Assembly: GCA_000276965.1 (NCBI GenBank)
Contig: AKKQ01000001.1
Span: 11,129 to 75,128, forward strand
Source of the DNA: Thiovulum sp. ES
GTDB lineage: Bacteria; Campylobacterota; Campylobacteria; Campylobacterales; Thiovulaceae
DNA length: 64,000 nucleotides
Direction of reading: 5' to 3'
A model generated the notes under the pieces. It ran no database searches and was not told where the DNA came from. It was given only the letters and a program-made list of their open reading frames with translations. Positions 59,681 through 64,000 of this stretch are shown here, piece by piece. Made by a program: the position numbers and the translations under genes. How positions within the stretch are numbered: the first letter of the stretch is position 1; every line of letters begins with the position of its first letter.

Positions 59681-61474
59681 GTGTTTTATTTGGATATATT
59701 AGAAAATCTTTTACGAGTTAGAGTTTTAGAAAATTCGCTTTTAGCAAAAAAATACGGTTTCAACGAAAAAGAGGTCGCCGTTTTCAAGTATTTAATAAAA
59801 AATTATATAATTGAAAATAGTGAGGGAGTTCAGATTGAGACAATTTTAAAAGAAGTTTTTCAAGTTACATCTTTAAGTAAAAAACTTGAAGAGATAGAAG
59901 TTTTACGAAATCTTTACATTCAAGACTACATTGATATTGGAAGTAGTGGACTTTTCAGTTTTGAACCCAATTTTAAAACTGAAAGAGAAAAACAGCCTAT
60001 TCTTGAAATTTTAAATGGAAGTGCTTCACTTTCAAATAGATTTTTATTAATGCTTGAAGACAGAGAAAACGAAGAAACAAAAATTATTGACGAGCCTTAT
60101 TCCGATAATTATGAATATCTTGTTGATAAATTTACAAAGTTGGAACTTTTTTTAAAAAGAGATGGTTTAAAAACTATTAGAGAACGAGCTTTTGAAATTG
60201 ATAAAAAAATAGAGAGCCGAATCGCAAAAACTGAAATCAAATTTGGCTTAGAAAATATTCTTGAAAGATATAAAATCGATTTTGATGAAGAGATAATTAT
60301 TTTGGCAATTCTTTCTGAAGAGTTCAAATATTTTCAAACAGAGCAAAAATTGAAAGAACTCCATAATTTAGCAGAGTTAATTAGCTTAACTCCTCTAGAA
60401 AAATTGAAAAATCAAAGCACAATTTTCAAAAGACTAGTAGAAGATTCTGAAATTTTCAAAATTGAGAAGCAAGTCGAATATGTTTATGAAGAGAAAGAGA
60501 CAGGTGAAAAAGACACTGTCTATTACATTGGTCTTGCTAATGGGATTTTGGAAGAGATTAAAACAGGTAAAAAAGCTGAACCTGAAAATGAAGAAGAGAA
60601 AAAACGAACTCTTTTAAAAGATATAGTTGAAGAAGATGAGCAATTTGAACTTGTTGTTCCTGAAAAAGGTCTCGATGAGGTTACTCTTTCAAAAGATACT
60701 CGAAAAGTTTTGGATACGGTTGTTAAGCAACTTGATGAAAATGTGGTGAAAAGACTTCAAGAATGGGGAGTTCAAAAAGAGGGAAAAGGCATTAGTGCTA
60801 GAATTATTTTCCACGGAGTGCCAGGAACTGGAAAAACCTTAACAGCAACAGCATTAGCAAAAGAGCTTGGAAAAGAGCTACTTCATTTTGACTCATCAAA
60901 AATAGTTTCAATGTATGTTGGTGAAAGTGAAAAAAATGTTCGTGGAATTTTTGACTCATACAAAAATATTGTGGAAAAGACTGGACTTCAACCTGTTCTA
61001 TTTTTAAATGAAGCGGATCAATTTTTAACAGGTCGTTCAACTGATTTAGGTGGAAACAGCTCTATCTCTCAAATGTATAATCAGATGCAGAATATTTTTC
61101 TTGAGCAAATTGAAAATTTTGAGGGTGTTTTAATCGCAACTACAAATATTTTGGAAAATATTGATAAGGCATTTTCACGACGATTTAATTACAAAGTTGA
61201 ATTCAAATTACCAAATGAAGAAGAGCGAATTGAGATTTGGAAACATCACTTGCCTAAAAATGCACCATTTGAGAAAAAATTTCAAGTCGAAGAACTTGCA
61301 AAATATAAATTGAGTGGTGGTCAAATTGATTTGGTTGTTAAAAACACAGCTTTTCATATGGCAACTGAAAAAAAACCACTTTTTACAACTGAGAGTTTTA
61401 AAAAAGAGATTGAACGAGAGATAAAAAGTAGTTTTGACAGTCAGAAAATTATGGGCTTTTTAACAGGTTCATAG
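59681..61474 (+). CDS. Classical-clade AAA+ ATPase with ~350-aa unknown N-terminal region
   Basis: Walker A GVPGTGKT, MYVGESEKNVRGIF, Walker B VLFLNEADQF and the second region of homology AFSRRF. GTG start. Confidence 0.85.
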   Translation: MFYLDILENLLRVRVLENSLLAKKYGFNEKEVAVFKYLIKNYIIENSEGVQIETILKEVFQVTSLSKKLEEIEVLRNLYIQDYIDIGSSGLFSFEPNFKTEREKQPILEILNGSASLSNRFLLMLEDRENEETKIIDEPYSDNYEYLVDKFTKLELFLKRDGLKTIRERAFEIDKKIESRIAKTEIKFGLENILERYKIDFDEEIIILAILSEEFKYFQTEQKLKELHNLAELISLTPLEKLKNQSTIFKRLVEDSEIFKIEKQVEYVYEEKETGEKDTVYYIGLANGILEEIKTGKKAEPENEEEKKRTLLKDIVEEDEQFELVVPEKGLDEVTLSKDTRKVLDTVVKQLDENVVKRLQEWGVQKEGKGISARIIFHGVPGTGKTLTATALAKELGKELLHFDSSKIVSMYVGESEKNVRGIFDSYKNIVEKTGLQPVLFLNEADQFLTGRSTDLGGNSSISQMYNQMQNIFLEQIENFEGVLIATTNILENIDKAFSRRFNYKVEFKLPNEEERIEIWKHHLPKNAPFEKKFQVEELAKYKLSGGQIDLVVKNTAFHMATEKKPLFTTESFKKEIEREIKSSFDSQKIMGFLTGS

Positions 61475-61518
61475 CCTGAAACTTTTTGATAGGATTAAAA
61501 AAATATAGGAGAATCTTT

Positions 61519-62676
61519 TTGATTTTTACATCACCTTTAAAAGAGAATAGTAAAAAAATCATGCTACTTGGAAGTGGCGAACTTGGAAAAGAGGTCGCAA
61601 TCGAGGCTCAAAGATTGGGAATAGAAGTTGTTGCAGTTGATAGATACGAAAATGCTCCAGCCCACCTTGTAGCAAATCGTAGCTATACAATTGACATGAA
61701 AAATCGAGAACAGCTTTTAGAAATTATTCAGAAAGAGAAACCTCATCACATTTTGCCTGAAATCGAGGCTATAAATATTGATGCACTTTTAGAAGTTGAA
61801 AAAATGGGATTTGAAGTTATTCCAAATGCCGAAGCGGTTCATAAAACGATGAATCGAAAAAATATCCGAAAATTTGCAAACGAAGATTTAGAAATTCCGA
61901 CAAGCAAATACTTTTTTGTGAAATCATTTGAAGAGTTAGAAAAGTCTGCGGAAACTCTCGGTTTTCCAGTTGTGATAAAACCAGTTATGAGTTCGTCAGG
62001 ACATGGTCAAAGTATTGCAAAAACAAAAGAGGATTTAGCAGAATCTTGGAGAATTGGAAAAGAGGAAGCTCGGGGCGATAGCAGTGAATTGATTGTCGAA
62101 GAATTTATAAAATTTGATTATGAAATCACTCTTTTGACAGTTCGGAACGGAGTTGAGACCACTTTTTGCGAACCGATTGGGCATATTCAGAAAGATGGAG
62201 ATTATATTTTTTCATGGCAACCGATGGAAATGAGTCAAAAAGCTATCGAGAAAAGCAAGGAAATTGCACAAAAAATTACTGACGGATTGGGTGGTCGTGG
62301 TCTTTTTGGAGTTGAACTTTTTGTTCGTGGCGATGAGGTCTGGTTTTCTGAAGTTAGTCCGCGACCACATGATACGGGAATGGTTACACTAATTACACAA
62401 TCTCAAAGTGAGTTCGCCTTGCATGTCCGAGCTGTTTTAGGTTTGCCAACTGAACATCTCTTTTTTGGTTCTGGAATTAGTGGAGCTTTTAAAACTGAAA
62501 AAGAACACGACTCTGATATTGAAGTTCCAAACGAGGCTTTTTCAAAAAACTCTTTTTTCCGAGTATTTGGAAAACCAGAAGCACACAGCGGTAGGCGAAT
62601 GGGAGTCTATTTGGCACTTGGTGAAATTAAAACAGAGTTGGAAAAAGCAAAAGAGATTTTAAAAAATACAAAATAA
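61519..62676 (+). CDS. purT: Formate-dependent phosphoribosylglycinamide formyltransferase
   Basis: [16 protein letters not shown] and an ATP-grasp body. TTG 61519 lies 7 nt after TAGGAG and matches PurT N-termini better than TTG 61486. Confidence 0.9.
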   Translation: MIFTSPLKENSKKIMLLGSGELGKEVAIEAQRLGIEVVAVDRYENAPAHLVANRSYTIDMKNREQLLEIIQKEKPHHILPEIEAINIDALLEVEKMGFEVIPNAEAVHKTMNRKNIRKFANEDLEIPTSKYFFVKSFEELEKSAETLGFPVVIKPVMSSSGHGQSIAKTKEDLAESWRIGKEEARGDSSELIVEEFIKFDYEITLLTVRNGVETTFCEPIGHIQKDGDYIFSWQPMEMSQKAIEKSKEIAQKITDGLGGRGLFGVELFVRGDEVWFSEVSPRPHDTGMVTLITQSQSEFALHVRAVLGLPTEHLFFGSGISGAFKTEKEHDSDIEVPNEAFSKNSFFRVFGKPEAHSGRRMGVYLALGEIKTELEKAKEILKNTK

Positions 62677-62681
62677 AATAT

Positions 62682-62701
62682 TTGTCGGGTGATTCCGACA
62701 A
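62682..62701. terminator. Hairpin TTGTCGG-gtgatt-CCGACAA (family member g)
   Basis: 7-bp stem between the purT stop and the stop of the minus-strand 89-aa ORF. Confidence 0.6.
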
Positions 62702-62705
62702 TTTG

Positions 62706-62975
62706 CTAAATTGCACAAGTTCCACATTCCAAATGTCGATTTTGCACACTTTCCGTATCTTCATAAATTGTTGCAAAACTATTTCTCTCATAAACGGTAA
62801 TTGTTTGATGATTGACTCTTTTATTTTGTAGCGGTTCATTTGTTGTAGTTGAAAAAATAGAAAGGAAATCTGAAAAGAATGACATTTGTTCTCCAAAAGT
62901 TTTACAAAATTTTAAATTACCTAATTGACTATTTTTGTCTCTAATTAGACCTGTTTTTAAAATTCTATGCACCAT
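62706..62975 (-). CDS. Questionable 89-aa ORF ending ...HLECGTCAI
   Basis: Fills the purT/thyX-like gap and has a hairpin right after its stop. However, the SD is weak and no family is recognised. Confidence 0.3.
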   Translation of the reverse strand: MVHRILKTGLIRDKNSQLGNLKFCKTFGEQMSFFSDFLSIFSTTTNEPLQNKRVNHQTITVYERNSFATIYEDTESVQNRHLECGTCAI

Positions 62976-63060
62976 TTCGCTGAAACTTAAATTTAAAAAG
63001 CAGTAAGATATAAGTAAAAACTCTTATTTTGGGAATCACACAAAAAGAACTTTTTAACAT

Positions 63061-63083
63061 TAGGAGCTATTAGGTCAGTCCCA
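63061..63083. repeat. 23-nt repeat TAGGAGCTATTAGGTCAGTCCCA (right copy, inverted)
   Basis: Exact reverse complement of 40181-40203. Lies next to the thyX-like terminator hairpin TTCCCG/CGGGAA at 63095-63115. Confidence 0.85.
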
Positions 63084-63121
63084 AAAAATATTGATTCCCG
63101 AAAAAGAAACGGGAATTACTA

Positions 63122-64000
63122 TCATCTTTTTAATTGGGAAAAATCTAATTTCCAAACTTTTACACCACAAAATCTATCACCTTCAGGGCAAAGCGGAAAT
63201 TTCTTTTCAGCAAATCGTAAAGTGCAAGGAGGCAAAAGTTTTTGGGAACCAGAAATATTTTTTTCACGAATATCTTTTACTTGATCATAAGTCTCTTGCC
63301 AAATTTCCTCTTGTGCATTGTAACAGAGTCGCATTTGTGTTTTGTGCTGAAAACTACTTAAATCACTTCGTTCCACAATTTTTACAAGGTGAGAATTTGG
63401 AAGTGCATAAACAGAATCGGAAAATCCAATTTCATCTTTCTGTTCGTCAAAAAATTTGTAAATTTCATTCATCGAATTTTGATAAATTTCCATACTTTCA
63501 GAATTTTCCTTAAAAACAGTTGGAATATAAAAATCTTTTTGAAAATCTGTTTCTAGTTTTTGGCGAATTCCAAGACTTCGGCGGTGTCGTTGATTTTGTG
63601 CATCAGCAGAAAGAGATATTTTTGAAATTGTAGAAACTCCGCCTAAAATTCCCGTGTCATGCAACATTTGAGAATTCCGCAAAACAGTCGAGTAGTTTTC
63701 AGTTTCAAAATCAAAATTGCCGATGAGGTCGAAAACTTTTCCCAGATTATCAAATTGTGAAAAATCATTTTCAGGAAAAGATGTTTTCTCTTTTTTAACA
63801 ACTTCTATAAGTTTTTCAAAAATTGGATCAAGTTGAATAAGTTTTGATTTGAGAATTTCCGCGAACCTCATCGCCTCATTTCGACTTTCTGGCAGAGTTT
63901 TTGCGACTGAAATATACCGAAGCAGAGTCAAAATATTCACCGTGTGATAAAGTGTCGCCGTTACACCTTGTGGCAAAACATATCTAGCAATTTCCATCGC
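63122..64000 (-). CDS. Atypical long ThyX-family (flavin-dependent thymidylate synthase-like) protein; 5' end beyond the window
   Basis: The frame is open to the window edge. ARYVLPQGVTAT (ThyX late motif) precedes a downstream RHRRS (ThyX RHRxxS motif), which implies more than one ThyX-like repeat. Cys-rich C-terminus (PPCTLRF..PLCPEGDRFCG). Confidence 0.45.
   Translation of the reverse strand, partial: AMEIARYVLPQGVTATLYHTVNILTLLRYISVAKTLPESRNEAMRFAEILKSKLIQLDPIFEKLIEVVKKEKTSFPENDFSQFDNLGKVFDLIGNFDFETENYSTVLRNSQMLHDTGILGGVSTISKISLSADAQNQRHRRSLGIRQKLETDFQKDFYIPTVFKENSESMEIYQNSMNEIYKFFDEQKDEIGFSDSVYALPNSHLVKIVERSDLSSFQHKTQMRLCYNAQEEIWQETYDQVKDIREKNISGSQKLLPPCTLRFAEKKFPLCPEGDRFCGVKVWKLDFSQLKR

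Noticed and set aside
40181-63083. Interpreting the 22.9-kb block between the 23-nt inverted repeats as a transposon or integrated element.
   Set aside because: The block carries core genes (dapB, aroC, purT, PBP, tRNA) and no transposase, integrase or conjugation genes. The repeats are more likely small dispersed elements or recombination sites.

Overview
AT-rich (about one-third GC by eye) bacterial chromosomal segment. It looks most like a Campylobacterota (epsilonproteobacterial) genome: cbpA-hspR operon, rpsL-rpsG-fusA, a Campylobacter-type pseudopilin leader, an AHQWRQPL-type histidine kinase and a NIT-domain chemoreceptor. This lineage call is inference. I support about 60 CDS, mostly housekeeping (argJ, purD, rho, hisD, trpB, rny, leuA, tmk, gpsA, fusA, rpsG, rpsL, recJ, dapB, aroC, purT), and two tRNAs (Asn-GTT, Met/Ile2-CAT). 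I see no rRNA, CRISPR array, transposase or integrase. Accessory-looking parts are: (a) a type II restriction-modification islet with a KilA-N gene between gpsA and fusA (30.8-34.0 kb); (b) a PIN-domain gene translationally coupled to cbpA-hspR; (c) a 51.4-61.5 kb surface-protein locus with an M14 peptidase with FN3-like C-terminal modules, a pseudopilin, a lipoprotein, a divergent 1288-aa secreted protein, a 198-aa ORF and an AAA+ ATPase. The most unusual signals lie in the DNA rather than in the gene content. (1) The 10-mer CGATGAGGTC and its reverse complement occur 23 times exactly and about 49 times at 9 contiguous bases or better, in several reading frames and with rare codons. This resembles a DNA uptake or Chi/KOPS-type signal. 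(2) Seven intergenic hairpins share the stem TTGTCGGA/TCCGACAA. (3) A perfect 23-nt inverted repeat brackets 22.9 kb (40181 and 63083). (4) recN is split by a frameshift in an A8 tract. (5) The cytosine methyltransferase gene has no canonical start codon. All functional interpretations of these signals are hypotheses; no database search or computation was possible.
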